A stretch of 64,000 nt of DNA from a virus (Duplodnaviria; Caudoviricetes): the IMG/VR virus record IMGVR_UViG_3300035498_000530, positions 1 to 64,000 of that record, one strand, 5' to 3'. Each line of letters begins with the position of its first letter. Position 1 is the first letter of the stretch. Below, one piece after another: positions 40,895 through 51,777 of this stretch. The notes beneath the pieces were generated by a model that searched no databases, was not told the origin of the DNA, and worked only from the letters and a program-made list of their open reading frames with translations. A program made the translations under genes and the position numbers.

Positions 40895-41182
40895 ATGAAT
40901 TTTGATATCACAAGTATTATTGAATTGGCAACATTGATTCTTACAGGTGTGGTCTGTACATATATCATACCATATCTCAAAGAAAAACATCTTGATTGGC
41001 TTGTTAAAACAGCAGTATCTGCTGCAGAACAGGTTATGAAAGATTCTACTGGTGCTGAAAAGAAAGAATATGTTATTAAATGGCTTAATAACCGTGGTGT
41101 AACATATGATTCAGACAAGATCGATGCAGTAATCGAATCTGCAGTATATGATATTAAAGCTGCCGAAACCAATAATAATTAA
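40895..41182 (+). CDS. Phage holin, LL-H family-like
   Basis: TM plus AVSAAEQ...GAEKKEYV...IESAV. Confidence 0.8.
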   Translation: MNFDITSIIELATLILTGVVCTYIIPYLKEKHLDWLVKTAVSAAEQVMKDSTGAEKKEYVIKWLNNRGVTYDSDKIDAVIESAVYDIKAAETNNN

Positions 41183-41188
41183 ACTCTT

Positions 41189-41215
41189 AACCCAAGGATT
41201 CTATATCCTTGGGTT
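41189..41215 (+). terminator. Terminator
   Basis: AACCCAAGGAT/ATCCTTGGGTT stem plus T-tract. Confidence 0.85.
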
Positions 41216-41265
41216 TTTGTTTTCATCAACATATCAGTAATGAAATAATTAAGGAGGGAATTAAA

Positions 41266-44200
41266 ATGCTTTTTAAGACTAATATTCTTAATAATCTTAG
41301 TTCAAATAAAGTAACATCGTCTTTAGCTATGATGATATCTAAAGATAATTGGACTGAAGATCATACAAACAAAGTAGAAGTCGAAGGAACTGATTTATAT
41401 TATTTCGATCAAGTTCAAGGATATATTGTTCCAGATAATTCTTCTTTAACAGAATATAATGATGCTGGAATATTTATAAATAAGTCTGGAGTTAATTATA
41501 TAGAGTTCGGATGTAGTGAATCATATACTCCAGCAAATGACATAAGTATTGTATTGTACTACAATACAAATTTAATTACAACCTCAGGTACAGGATATCT
41601 TCCATTAACTGGAGGTACTGTTACTGGAAGAATTAATCTTAATTATGGTAGCGGTGCTAGTAATGATATAGGTCATATAAGAGGAAACTATATAGATAGT
41701 TCTTCAGGAAGTACAACCAATTATTGGCAGATAGATTTTACTGCAAATGGTAGATCTCAAATTTGTATAGATGATATAAATATCAAAAAAGTAAGTGATT
41801 ATAATACTGGTTCAACAGGATATTTATATAGGTATTATCCAATAGGAATAAAAAATACATCAAGTCTTGGTTCTTATTTGTCACAAAATACATTATCTGT
41901 AAATAGTTATGCTATACATGTTATGTATAATGGCGGCGCATCAAATGGTACAAAAGATTTTAGTATGATTCCAGGTGGAACTGGTAGACTATATATAGGA
42001 TATAGCACATTAGTTTTAGGAAATTCTATGACTGTAGCAAATAATAATTATGCTGGTTCTATAAGATTGTATAGAAATGGAACAGGTTATACAGATATTC
42101 TTACTACATATAGTACTAATACTAGTTCTAATTATGAAATATATCTTCCAAATAATAGTGGTACTATAGCATTAACATCAGATATCCCTGAAATAAATGG
42201 TGGATTGGGTCTTGAAGGTTCAGGTATATATGTACCAACTACTTCTGGAGAACAAGGATCTTTGCTTATGTCTAATGGAACTAGTGATGTTCCATCATGG
42301 ACAGATAAATCTATATATATTGATAGTATTAATACATCAGATAGTAGTATAGATTTAAAACTTAATGGTAGTTTATATATTGGTAGTGGTTATGATAGAG
42401 ATTTTGATCCTACTGTAACAATATCAGATGGTACTATTACTGCAGATCTTTATAGTGGTAAATATAAATTTATAAATTCATATGATTATTATGATGAATC
42501 ATCTGATAAAGGAATATGTCTTCCTTTAGCATTTGGATATGATGGATATGTTGGAAAATTTGAAGATGACGAAGTTAGTATATATTATAAAAATGGTAGC
42601 AATACTGTAAATGGATTTGCTAAATTGATAATAGGTAATAATTATAAGCAGGGGACCAATTTCAATAGTGAAGGCTCTATAAGATTATATACTTCTTCTA
42701 CAGGCAGTGTTAATATAGTTACATCACCTAGTGATGATAGTTATACTGTAACTTTACCATCAAATAGTGGTACATTAGCATTGGTATCAGATATTGAAAC
42801 TATGAGTCCTAAAATAAATATAAATGGAGATTCAGAGTCTGATACTTCTGTAATATATAGCCCAATTGAATCTGGTACTAATGGGTCATTACTTAGATCT
42901 AATGGGAAAGACAAAGATCCAACATGGACCGATGATGCATTATATTTTAATAGTAGTAATTTAGTATCATTAAAAGATATACATATTGGAACAAAGAGCA
43001 GTGAATATTCTACTAATGGATATGATCCAAGTAATATATTATTAAAAACAGATGGATCCGGTGTTTTTAGGACTAGAGTGCTTACTAATAGATTAGAGTT
43101 TTATCCAGGAAATGCTGGTAATAATAATTATTTATACTATACAATTATACATGGACCAAATACACTTAATGATGGTTCTAATAATATATATCTTCCAACA
43201 GGAAATGGCACATTGGCATTAACCTCTGATATTTATACATATACTACAGTGGTTGGATGGTATAATAGTACTTCTAATTTAGCTGCTAGTAATGGATCAG
43301 TATCATTGAATTTGGTAAAAACTAAAGATAATAAAACTTATACTGTATCTTCTTATAAAATAATAAAGGGCACTAATGGTATTAATGTAACATCCGATTC
43401 TAATGGAACTATTATTATTGATGGTTCAGAAATCAATGGTTCTGGATCTGGTTCTGATACCACTGTTGAATCTAGTGCTATAAATTTTGCTTCTAGCTCT
43501 GATACTACATATTCTATTCCTCTTATTGATTATAGTTTGTCTGAGGGTACAGATACTATAGATACGATATATAGCTCTAAAGATAATGGTGATTTATCTT
43601 ATGATAATTCTACTGGTACTTTAAATGTGAGTCAAATTAATACTACTTACATATCAGATGGTACAGACGATGGAAGTATCTCGGTAGGAAGTGTAATAAG
43701 TATTTATGCTAATGATATACAAATAAATAGTGATTATTATGGAGTTACCTTTAGCACTAATGCATATCATAATGGTGATATATACGCTACTTATATATAT
43801 CCAAATGCTAGCTATTGTTTTGATAGTAGTACTACTTACATAAAAGATGTTACATTAGCTAATACTATAATACTTAGGCCAGGATGGCAAAGTAACGAAG
43901 ATGATAATACAGTAATGTATTATATTAATTCTGATGATAGTACAGTTAAAAATAATAATAAAGATTATGTTTATTTAACTTTACCAACAAAAGATGGTAA
44001 ATTGGCATTGGTAGATGATATTCCTAAAAAGATTAGTGATTTAACTAATGATGATATAGGTGATGATACACAACCTATATACATGAAGGATGGAGTATTA
44101 AAACCTATAAAATATTCTATAGGAGAAATTGTTAAATTGGATTATGAAGATAGCGAAGAACCTTATGCTATTTCTAATTCTGGTGATGGTGATAATGTAT

Positions 44201-45162
44201 TAACAGAACGTGCTATATATTATGGCCTACCAACAATAAATGGAGCCCATGATTATACATCAGATACCAATATATATGCACCAACTTCAGGTGGTACTTC
44301 TGGATACTTCTTAACATCTAATGGCTCTTCAGTACCAACATGGTTTGATGGAGTATTTTATGAATCATCTAGTAGTAAAATTGTATTTAAAAAGTATTTA
44401 GAAGGTAGATATACTAATAATAGTACTACAAGTACCACATGGAAAATAGATACTTCAAACGGAGATGCTATATTTTCATCTTTATATCTAAATTCACAAT
44501 CAAATCAGGCACGTATTAGTTATTTAGGATCTTCAAATATTAATTTGACAGTACCTGAAAATAGTGGTACTATAGCTTTAACTTCTGATATATCAAAAGC
44601 CATATCAAATATAAAATATACAATGCCAATAGAATTTTCTCTTGATAAAACAATAAAACTTGGTAGTAATAATTCAGGAATATTAATGCATGATATTGAT
44701 GATGTATATGGATTTTTATTTCAAACTAATAATTCTAATAAAGGAACAGATTATACAGAAACTATATTAAAATTTGGTGATGAATGGTCAAAGGATGATA
44801 CTGATGGTAGTGATGAATATGTTGATTGGAATGGTTATTTTAATTTCACTACTAGAAATGCAAAAGTGTCTATTACAGGCAATGATACAAGCGGATCAAT
44901 ACAATTAAATGCACAAAAGGCATCTACAACTGGTGCTAGTATTAAATTAGATGGACTTAATGGTAGAGTTAGTGTAACAGGAAAACTTGATGTAAGCAAT
45001 TCCACTGTAATAGGAAAACTTACTTTACAAGGTGTTAGCTCAGCTACAAAAATATCATCAGACACATCAGTATACTCTATAGGTAGAGTAAATGTAATGA
45101 GTTCTGGTAATGCTGTTCCAAATGGATTAGCAGAAGGCGATATACTTATGGTATATGAATAA
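41266..45162 (+). CDS. Long tail fibre protein with repeated LP..GT.ALTSD modules
   Basis: RBS and late promoter at 41228 favour ATG at 41266. Confidence 0.8.
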   Translation: MLFKTNILNNLSSNKVTSSLAMMISKDNWTEDHTNKVEVEGTDLYYFDQVQGYIVPDNSSLTEYNDAGIFINKSGVNYIEFGCSESYTPANDISIVLYYNTNLITTSGTGYLPLTGGTVTGRINLNYGSGASNDIGHIRGNYIDSSSGSTTNYWQIDFTANGRSQICIDDINIKKVSDYNTGSTGYLYRYYPIGIKNTSSLGSYLSQNTLSVNSYAIHVMYNGGASNGTKDFSMIPGGTGRLYIGYSTLVLGNSMTVANNNYAGSIRLYRNGTGYTDILTTYSTNTSSNYEIYLPNNSGTIALTSDIPEINGGLGLEGSGIYVPTTSGEQGSLLMSNGTSDVPSWTDKSIYIDSINTSDSSIDLKLNGSLYIGSGYDRDFDPTVTISDGTITADLYSGKYKFINSYDYYDESSDKGICLPLAFGYDGYVGKFEDDEVSIYYKNGSNTVNGFAKLIIGNNYKQGTNFNSEGSIRLYTSSTGSVNIVTSPSDDSYTVTLPSNSGTLALVSDIETMSPKININGDSESDTSVIYSPIESGTNGSLLRSNGKDKDPTWTDDALYFNSSNLVSLKDIHIGTKSSEYSTNGYDPSNILLKTDGSGVFRTRVLTNRLEFYPGNAGNNNYLYYTIIHGPNTLNDGSNNIYLPTGNGTLALTSDIYTYTTVVGWYNSTSNLAASNGSVSLNLVKTKDNKTYTVSSYKIIKGTNGINVTSDSNGTIIIDGSEINGSGSGSDTTVESSAINFASSSDTTYSIPLIDYSLSEGTDTIDTIYSSKDNGDLSYDNSTGTLNVSQINTTYISDGTDDGSISVGSVISIYANDIQINSDYYGVTFSTNAYHNGDIYATYIYPNASYCFDSSTTYIKDVTLANTIILRPGWQSNEDDNTVMYYINSDDSTVKNNNKDYVYLTLPTKDGKLALVDDIPKKISDLTNDDIGDDTQPIYMKDGVLKPIKYSIGEIVKLDYEDSEEPYAISNSGDGDNVLTERAIYYGLPTINGAHDYTSDTNIYAPTSGGTSGYFLTSNGSSVPTWFDGVFYESSSSKIVFKKYLEGRYTNNSTTSTTWKIDTSNGDAIFSSLYLNSQSNQARISYLGSSNINLTVPENSGTIALTSDISKAISNIKYTMPIEFSLDKTIKLGSNNSGILMHDIDDVYGFLFQTNNSNKGTDYTETILKFGDEWSKDDTDGSDEYVDWNGYFNFTTRNAKVSITGNDTSGSIQLNAQKASTTGASIKLDGLNGRVSVTGKLDVSNSTVIGKLTLQGVSSATKISSDTSVYSIGRVNVMSSGNAVPNGLAEGDILMVYE

Positions 45163-45174
45163 TTTTTAATAATT

Positions 45175-45202
45175 TAGACCAATGGTAACATCCATTGGTC
45201 TA
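45175..45202 (+). terminator. Terminator
   Basis: TAGACCAATGG/CCATTGGTCTA stem. Confidence 0.85.
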
Positions 45203-45256
45203 TTGTTTTTAAATAACTCAAACATCTAAGTAATTAAATAAAAGGAGGAAAATCTT

Positions 45257-46810
45257 ATGTCAGAATTATCAAATGTCGTAAAAAAGATTAATGATGTATC
45301 AGATAAATTAACAGAAATAGCGTCTGAAATAGATTCCCATAAGAATGACACTATGAGTCATTATGAGCCAGAAAAATATAATGATATTAATAATAGAGTA
45401 TCAAATATAGAATCCACTGTAGGAAACATAGATTCGTCTACATTAATAGCTTTAGCTGATTTATCAAAGTCAGATATTAATAAGCTTATTAAATTATCAA
45501 AATCAATAGACTCTATAAATAATATGGTAAAGTATCAGTACATATTGTTTGATTATATACTTAATAAAACTTCTGCTCCTCAGAATATAAAGGATATAAT
45601 TGAATTAATCAAATCAAATAATGGAGATGATACTAGTGAAGATACTAATAGCGATACTGTTGATTCCGTATCTAACAGCAATGTAACTAACGAAGTTATA
45701 TCTACTATAAATGCTTATGATATTATTCAAAATTCTAAATATAGATTTGTTACTACAGATCAGATAGAATCTTGGGATAAAACAAAGAGGGATTTAGAAG
45801 CATTAAAGTGTAGAATTAACTTTACTGAGAATACTTCAATCATAAACTTAAAAGATATTCCTGTGGCTGATGAGAACAATGATGGTATTATAACATCTCA
45901 GATGTATAAAGATATTATAGATATCGAAGTTCCACAACCTGATTGGAATGTCAAAGACGAGAAAGATATAAATTATATTAAGAATAAACCAACTACACTT
46001 CCAGCTAAAGGTGGAAATGCAGATACAGTTGGTGGTTATACTATAAATAAGATATTCACTAGAAATAAATTAAGATATACTGTAGGATATAGGTCTGATG
46101 GTATATATGATTATTTCTTAGAAGATGACTCTATAATAGATATTCTTAAAGATATCCATAGTAGAGTATTATCACAATCAAGTCCTAATATAGTAGAATT
46201 CCCTTCAATGGTAGTAGATATAGTATCAGATGAAGATTTGGTATTAGAAGATTTAGACCTCAGAGGAAATAATACTATAGTTAAAATAAGAGCAAAGTCT
46301 GTATCTTTTAGTAGATGTAATATATCAGGTATCACATTCAATGGTATATCTGGAAATAGTATTATCATATTGGATAACAATACTATACTTAATTCTACTT
46401 TTGAAGATATCAATTTTATTATCTCTGGAAGTAATAATATGATTACTCATAACAAGTTTAATTCCTCAAATGGTATTACTATCTCAGGATCAAAGAAAAT
46501 TTTATGTAAGTTCAATACTATATCTTATAATACAATGACTAATGGTTCATTGCTTATAGATGGATCTACAATGAATATAACTAAGAACAACATACAGTTT
46601 AATACTTTTGATAATGATATCATAATCAAAGGAAGACTTGTTAAATATAATACATTTATATCAAATCTCTATAAAGATGATTGTACTATTAAAGTCCAAG
46701 GAGGAGTTGATAACTTCTTCATGGAACCATCTTTAGATAATATAGTATTCTCATCTAATACTTTAGCAACAAATAATGAAACAGGATCTACTTCAAAGAA
46801 GGTAGGATAA
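45257..46810 (+). CDS. Putative virion protein with a C-terminal beta-helix
   Basis: N-x-I-x-x-N repeats; QPDWN..YIKNKP; late promoter at 45221. Confidence 0.65.
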   Translation: MSELSNVVKKINDVSDKLTEIASEIDSHKNDTMSHYEPEKYNDINNRVSNIESTVGNIDSSTLIALADLSKSDINKLIKLSKSIDSINNMVKYQYILFDYILNKTSAPQNIKDIIELIKSNNGDDTSEDTNSDTVDSVSNSNVTNEVISTINAYDIIQNSKYRFVTTDQIESWDKTKRDLEALKCRINFTENTSIINLKDIPVADENNDGIITSQMYKDIIDIEVPQPDWNVKDEKDINYIKNKPTTLPAKGGNADTVGGYTINKIFTRNKLRYTVGYRSDGIYDYFLEDDSIIDILKDIHSRVLSQSSPNIVEFPSMVVDIVSDEDLVLEDLDLRGNNTIVKIRAKSVSFSRCNISGITFNGISGNSIIILDNNTILNSTFEDINFIISGSNNMITHNKFNSSNGITISGSKKILCKFNTISYNTMTNGSLLIDGSTMNITKNNIQFNTFDNDIIIKGRLVKYNTFISNLYKDDCTIKVQGGVDNFFMEPSLDNIVFSSNTLATNNETGSTSKKVG

Positions 46811-46832
46811 TTTGTAATAGGAGGTATAATTT

Positions 46833-47348
46833 ATGGAAATAAAAGATATTCTATTAATATTTTTTATTATAGTTTCACTTGATGTAGTTGCTATTGCAAT
46901 TAGCATAACAGCTGCAGTAGTATCATATAAAACATATGTAAAGACATTTAAGTCAACTATAACTGATAGTAAGCAGAGTATAGAAAAAATAATGAAGTAT
47001 GATTGGGTATCAGATAATATAGATACTATTATATCTAATAATTCTTCTGAATCTAATGATGTAATTATAGATAAAGTAATATATTTCTTATATGAATCTG
47101 GTCTTACTAATGGTAATATAGAAAATTCTTCTAAAGAATATATAAGAATGACTGTATTGAACAGACTAAACAAAATGAGAAAAAAAGAAATGGTTAAGTT
47201 TAAAGATATTAAGAAAGAATCAATATCAAATAAACTCAATATAGATATAAACAAAGATATTGTAACTAGTTCTGATGGTGGAGTTCATATGACAAATATG
47301 TTTGATACCGATCTTTCAAATTTCGACAATACTCAATACGAGGAATAA
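46833..47348 (+). CDS. Membrane-anchored hypothetical protein
   Basis: N-terminal TM; RBS. Confidence 0.7.
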   Translation: MEIKDILLIFFIIVSLDVVAIAISITAAVVSYKTYVKTFKSTITDSKQSIEKIMKYDWVSDNIDTIISNNSSESNDVIIDKVIYFLYESGLTNGNIENSSKEYIRMTVLNRLNKMRKKEMVKFKDIKKESISNKLNIDINKDIVTSSDGGVHMTNMFDTDLSNFDNTQYEE

Positions 47349-47364
47349 AATAGAAGGAAGAGTC

Positions 47365-48648
47365 TTAATTGACTCTTCCTTCATACATTTTCTTTGCAGA
47401 TATTAATTGATCATTAATATACTGAAGATTTGCATAAATAAATATATTTGTTATATATGATGTAACAGGTTCTTCTACATGTATTATTAGATTCTTATAA
47501 TCTACACTTATATGCTTTCTTTCTCCATCATTGTATATTCTGAAGTTCAAGAATATAGCCGGAGACAGTCCTGTAGCTATAGTATATTCTATAAGCTGCT
47601 CTAAATCGCTTCCCTTAAACAATTCACTTAAATCGATATCGATTGGTTTATCAATAGTATCTTCTTCATATTCAGTCTGAAGATATTGATTCCAACCGTG
47701 CTCATCAACATTATCTATTGTAGGAAGTTTAATAGAATTAAATACATAAGCACTTTCATTATTCTCTATAAGACCACCACGTTCTATTATAAGATGCTCA
47801 TTTCTAGAATGATATACATAGAACTTCGGTGCCATCATATTAGCATTTACAGTAAGTTCTAGACCAAAATCTTTTGTCATTTGATCTACTCTTGTACCGT
47901 CATCTATACTAATATCACCAGGAATATTTAAATGCATATTTGTATCTACAACTCTTACAAAGAACTCATTCTTACCATTAATACATCTATATTTATACAT
48001 GAATGGTAATAAAGAATTCTGATTAAGATAATTAATAAATGGTATTATATTATCTATCTTTTCTTCATCTTCATTTATAGTAAAACCTACATCTGAAGCT
48101 AATTGCATCATAAGATTATATGGTATATGCATATCCATATCAAAGTTAAGATTCTCTGTTGCGCCTGCACGACAAGCAAGCTGTAAATATCTAAATAAAT
48201 CTAACTGTTTAGCTTTTGTAGATACTTTAATCTTAAAGTTTACAGATACAGACATTTCTTCACAAGATACTGAAATAAATGCATTATGCTTATTATCTTT
48301 AAAGAATGCTCTATCTAATAAACCATTGTACATATTAATATTCATGCCATATTGATAAAGATATACATTATCTCTATTATAAGACATATCTATACTAGGC
48401 GTTATATACAATGCAGGAGACTTTCTCTGCAATATTGTAACTTTATCATATCTTCTTAACTGGTCCATTATATTTGATCCTTCCATCTGAACAGATGTAA
48501 AGAAATCATCTTTAAATTTTGCTAAGAACCATTTCTTAATAACTTCTACACATATTGAATATGAGTGTATGAATGAAGGAATTATTAATGAATGATAAGG
48601 TATCTCTATTTTATCAGTAGTAATACTATGTATCTTTCTGATTTTCAT
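47365..48648 (-). CDS. Putative virion structural protein
   Basis: Late promoter at 48681-48692; RBS. Confidence 0.7.
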   Translation of the reverse strand: MKIRKIHSITTDKIEIPYHSLIIPSFIHSYSICVEVIKKWFLAKFKDDFFTSVQMEGSNIMDQLRRYDKVTILQRKSPALYITPSIDMSYNRDNVYLYQYGMNINMYNGLLDRAFFKDNKHNAFISVSCEEMSVSVNFKIKVSTKAKQLDLFRYLQLACRAGATENLNFDMDMHIPYNLMMQLASDVGFTINEDEEKIDNIIPFINYLNQNSLLPFMYKYRCINGKNEFFVRVVDTNMHLNIPGDISIDDGTRVDQMTKDFGLELTVNANMMAPKFYVYHSRNEHLIIERGGLIENNESAYVFNSIKLPTIDNVDEHGWNQYLQTEYEEDTIDKPIDIDLSELFKGSDLEQLIEYTIATGLSPAIFLNFRIYNDGERKHISVDYKNLIIHVEEPVTSYITNIFIYANLQYINDQLISAKKMYEGRVN

Positions 48649-48673
48649 ATTTTAATCCTCCTTTACAAAAAAT

Positions 48674-48707
48674 AAACCATTACCGATATGTTGACCGGTA
48701 ATGGTTT
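48674..48707 (-). terminator. Terminator with an embedded late promoter
   Basis: AAACCATTACCG/CGGTAATGGTTT stem plus ATTTTTT. Confidence 0.8.
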
Positions 48708-48717
48708 TAAAATTTCT

Positions 48718-49008
48718 TTACAATGGCTTCTTATAATATCTATCACAATTATGAACATCTTCATATTCTTCATAAAGTTCATTTACGTCAAATATTGATT
48801 CGTACTCTTCATTAGAATCCTTTACGATAAAATAATTACCATATACTGGATGATAATATTCATTCTTAGAACCATTATCATTCGTTGCTTTAAAATAGCA
48901 AAATACTAAACCCATATAATCTGGTGGGTCTATACCTACACATTGCACTGTATCAACTTCTTCTGAAATATTATCTACATACATGTATATACCGCCTATT
49001 TTAATCAT
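48718..49008 (-). CDS. Hypothetical protein
   Basis: In the RNAP operon. Confidence 0.65.
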   Translation of the reverse strand: MIKIGGIYMYVDNISEEVDTVQCVGIDPPDYMGLVFCYFKATNDNGSKNEYYHPVYGNYFIVKDSNEEYESIFDVNELYEEYEDVHNCDRYYKKPL

Positions 49009-49550
49009 TCTATTATCTCCTCGTTATCTGAGTTGCCTATATAACTAAATACTACATCATGTAAACTTGGTTCATTAAGATTTATTAAGTTATGTTCTTT
49101 AAGTATACATTTATCTTCCATATCAAGATCAAAATCATATAAGTACTTCAGAGGAACAACGAATTGTATATGTATATCGTTGTAATCCTCTGGATTCTTA
49201 CACTTATCAAATAATGAATATTTAAGATCTAATATAGTTTCAACTATATCTAAACACGCCTCTTTAAATCTTTCTTCATCAACAAGATCAATGTTGTATA
49301 AACTCATATAGTTACTTATTGTTTTATGTGTAAAAGTTATAACGATGTTAAATACATCTCCTTTGAATCCTATATCTACATCTGCTGGATACAACTCAAA
49401 GGCTAATTCATTTTGAACATCCTTTATACTTTTTCCTTTTTTGCCAGTAATCACTCCCCATATAGTTTCAAATATTTCTGTTTTCACATATATAAGTGAA
49501 ATTACGAATGAGAATACTACTGCAAATATAAGCATCTTAATTAATATCAT
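49005..49550 (-). CDS. Membrane-anchored protein, paralogue of 49537-50082
   Basis: GGAGG RBS gives ATG at 49550; N-terminal TM. Confidence 0.72.
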   Translation of the reverse strand: MILIKMLIFAVVFSFVISLIYVKTEIFETIWGVITGKKGKSIKDVQNELAFELYPADVDIGFKGDVFNIVITFTHKTISNYMSLYNIDLVDEERFKEACLDIVETILDLKYSLFDKCKNPEDYNDIHIQFVVPLKYLYDFDLDMEDKCILKEHNLINLNEPSLHDVVFSYIGNSDNEEIIE

Positions 49551-50082
49551 CTGTAACTTCCTCCTGAATTTCTTCTTCTGATGTACTTTCTTCACATTGA
49601 ACTTCTTCAAATTCCACTGCTTCGGATATATAATCAATATCTATAGGTCTAAATAATTCATGTAAAGATTTCTTTTTTGAATCTACATCTATCTGATATA
49701 TCCATTGTGGAGTCATAAAAGTTGCTCTAATTGGTTTGATTTCTTCGCCTTCTTCAAAATTCTTTCCACTATTAAAGTATTTAGGCATATGATCTCCTAC
49801 ATCTTCACATATTGATTTACAAAAATCTACAAAATCATCTTCATGAAATAAATCAAGATTGAACATAGACTTTGCAAAGTGACAAACTTCTGGAGTTATT
49901 ATACACTCTAGTATATAATGATCATTTGTTCCTTGATAAAAGAACAATATTGGACTAGGATTTTTGTTCTTATTATTTTTTGATAAAACCATACTTTTTA
50001 TTACACTGAATGATTCTATTACAATATAAACTAAAATCGCAAGTCCGGCTGCAGTTAAGATTTGATCGAATGTAATTGTCAT
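49537..50082 (-). CDS. Membrane-anchored protein
   Basis: N-terminal TM; ATGA overlap with the RNAP gene. Confidence 0.75.
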   Translation of the reverse strand: MTITFDQILTAAGLAILVYIVIESFSVIKSMVLSKNNKNKNPSPILFFYQGTNDHYILECIITPEVCHFAKSMFNLDLFHEDDFVDFCKSICEDVGDHMPKYFNSGKNFEEGEEIKPIRATFMTPQWIYQIDVDSKKKSLHELFRPIDIDYISEAVEFEEVQCEESTSEEEIQEEVTDDIN

Positions 50083-51629
50083 GATATTGGTTGAACTCCT
50101 TTTAAGTATTTTATTTGGTTTAATTCTTCCTGAGTATAACTATCAATACCCAGTCTTCGTAATGTATTACAGTTAACGATAGTATCTTTGGCATGATTCA
50201 ATCTATTATCAAATCTACCATCATTAGTTGATATATACATAGTGTTTCGTGGATTAAATGTTTTCTCACAAGCAGCAATCATCTCTTTGTTTATGAGAAA
50301 CATTATATTCAAAGTATCACCGTCAAAATCGGCAGCAAGAAATGGTAATACCTGTAATGGTATTGACATTGTATCATTATCATTAATACCTATACAATAC
50401 ATCTGCATTATGCTGCCAAAATTTATTGTTGGATTTCTATTAATCAATACAGGAATACCTACTTCATGTTCGTGTATGATATTCTGAATGATATTGTAAA
50501 TAGTTTCATCCTTAACTCTTGTAGCCCTACTCCATTTCTTATATGCATCATGATAAGACATAGCATAAGTCTTCTTCAAGATATTTACTATAACCTGTTC
50601 TAATAATTGAACAAGTCCTCTATATGGTAATCTTACACAATCACATCTTAATTCAGGACCTGGAACAATTACAGATCTTGATGTGAAGTTACAACGACCA
50701 CCAACAGATGTTCTAATAACACCTTTCTTTTGTGCCAAGATTTTCTGTATTTCTAATGACAACTTATTATAGTTAGTCTGAATGTCGTACAGAAGTTGAT
50801 TCTTTGGCTTTGATTTTCTGTTGATTCCTAAAGTATCTTTGTTAACTACATGAACTAACTTAGCCATGATATTATAATACTTATTACAGCCTTCGAATGC
50901 GAATACACCATTATCAATTCGATATGGTCTTAAATGAGTAGTGAATACAGGAATACCACTAATAAAGACAAGATCTCTATTAGACTTACCAGCATAATCA
51001 TTATACTCATATATAGCATCATACTTTTCTTTCTTTGCTGGATATTTGGAAAGATAGTATTTCATAATCTCATCGAACTTTTCTTCGAATTCTATTATAC
51101 CAATTCCACTATAAGGATTAGAATCAAGTTTATCTTTTCTCTTCTTAGAGAAACCATTGATATCCTTTTCATCCCTTATACACAATATATTGTCAAGGTT
51201 TTCTGCACCGACAAATGATTGTATTAATAAGAATAAACTAGGATGAATAATATGACCACTCGTAAGTCTCATCCATCCCCATATATCGAAATTATCTCCG
51301 ACATACTTTACTTTACTTTTACATAAAGGACATGTATGCCCTTTATATATGGCTCCTTTAATATGACCACATACGCAACTATACTTCTCAATATAAGGTA
51401 CCAAGTCCATAATTGTCGTACCAAATTTTGATGAGTATATAGAGTTTTCACTCTTATTGTCTTTCTTTGTTCCCTGAGGTTCCGATATTTCAAAACCCTT
51501 TCCATAAAGAAAATCATTGTTCATTTCTTTATCCATATCTATTCTGACGATCGATGTTCTATACTCATATTGATCATCGTCAGGAAGCATTTCGTTTTTG
51601 TCCACATATGGATTAATTTTAAGTTCCAT
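50079..51629 (-). CDS. Phage multisubunit RNA polymerase beta' N-terminal/catalytic subunit (probably non-virion RNAP)
   Basis: Zn ribbon CVCG..CPLC, GGRCNFTSRSVIVP, NRNPT, LAADFDGD; early promoter at 51710-51717. Confidence 0.92.
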   Translation of the reverse strand: MELKINPYVDKNEMLPDDDQYEYRTSIVRIDMDKEMNNDFLYGKGFEISEPQGTKKDNKSENSIYSSKFGTTIMDLVPYIEKYSCVCGHIKGAIYKGHTCPLCKSKVKYVGDNFDIWGWMRLTSGHIIHPSLFLLIQSFVGAENLDNILCIRDEKDINGFSKKRKDKLDSNPYSGIGIIEFEEKFDEIMKYYLSKYPAKKEKYDAIYEYNDYAGKSNRDLVFISGIPVFTTHLRPYRIDNGVFAFEGCNKYYNIMAKLVHVVNKDTLGINRKSKPKNQLLYDIQTNYNKLSLEIQKILAQKKGVIRTSVGGRCNFTSRSVIVPGPELRCDCVRLPYRGLVQLLEQVIVNILKKTYAMSYHDAYKKWSRATRVKDETIYNIIQNIIHEHEVGIPVLINRNPTINFGSIMQMYCIGINDNDTMSIPLQVLPFLAADFDGDTLNIMFLINKEMIAACEKTFNPRNTMYISTNDGRFDNRLNHAKDTIVNCNTLRRLGIDSYTQEELNQIKYLKGVQPIS

Positions 51630-51745
51630 TTATGTTTCCTCCTTTATTGTATTTAATTAGTTATAAGTTTTGAATCTTGTAATAATTCACACCTAACTAT
51701 TTCATGTTTATAATATATAAGAAAAAACTATATTAGACAAAAGAT

Positions 51746-51773
51746 ATCCCTAGGAATCTATGTTCCTAGGGAT
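51746..51773 (-). terminator. Terminator
   Basis: ATCCCTAGGAA/TTCCTAGGGAT stem. Confidence 0.8.
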
Positions 51774-51777
51774 GATT

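Noticed and set aside
26051-45162. Diversity-generating retroelement or shufflon
   Set aside because: No reverse transcriptase, recombinase, inverted cassettes or adenine-specific repeat pair seen in the window.
51758-51771. 13-14 nt match of a terminator arm to the 20-mer
   Set aside because: CCTAGG-type stems recur in this phage's terminators; too short to be significant.
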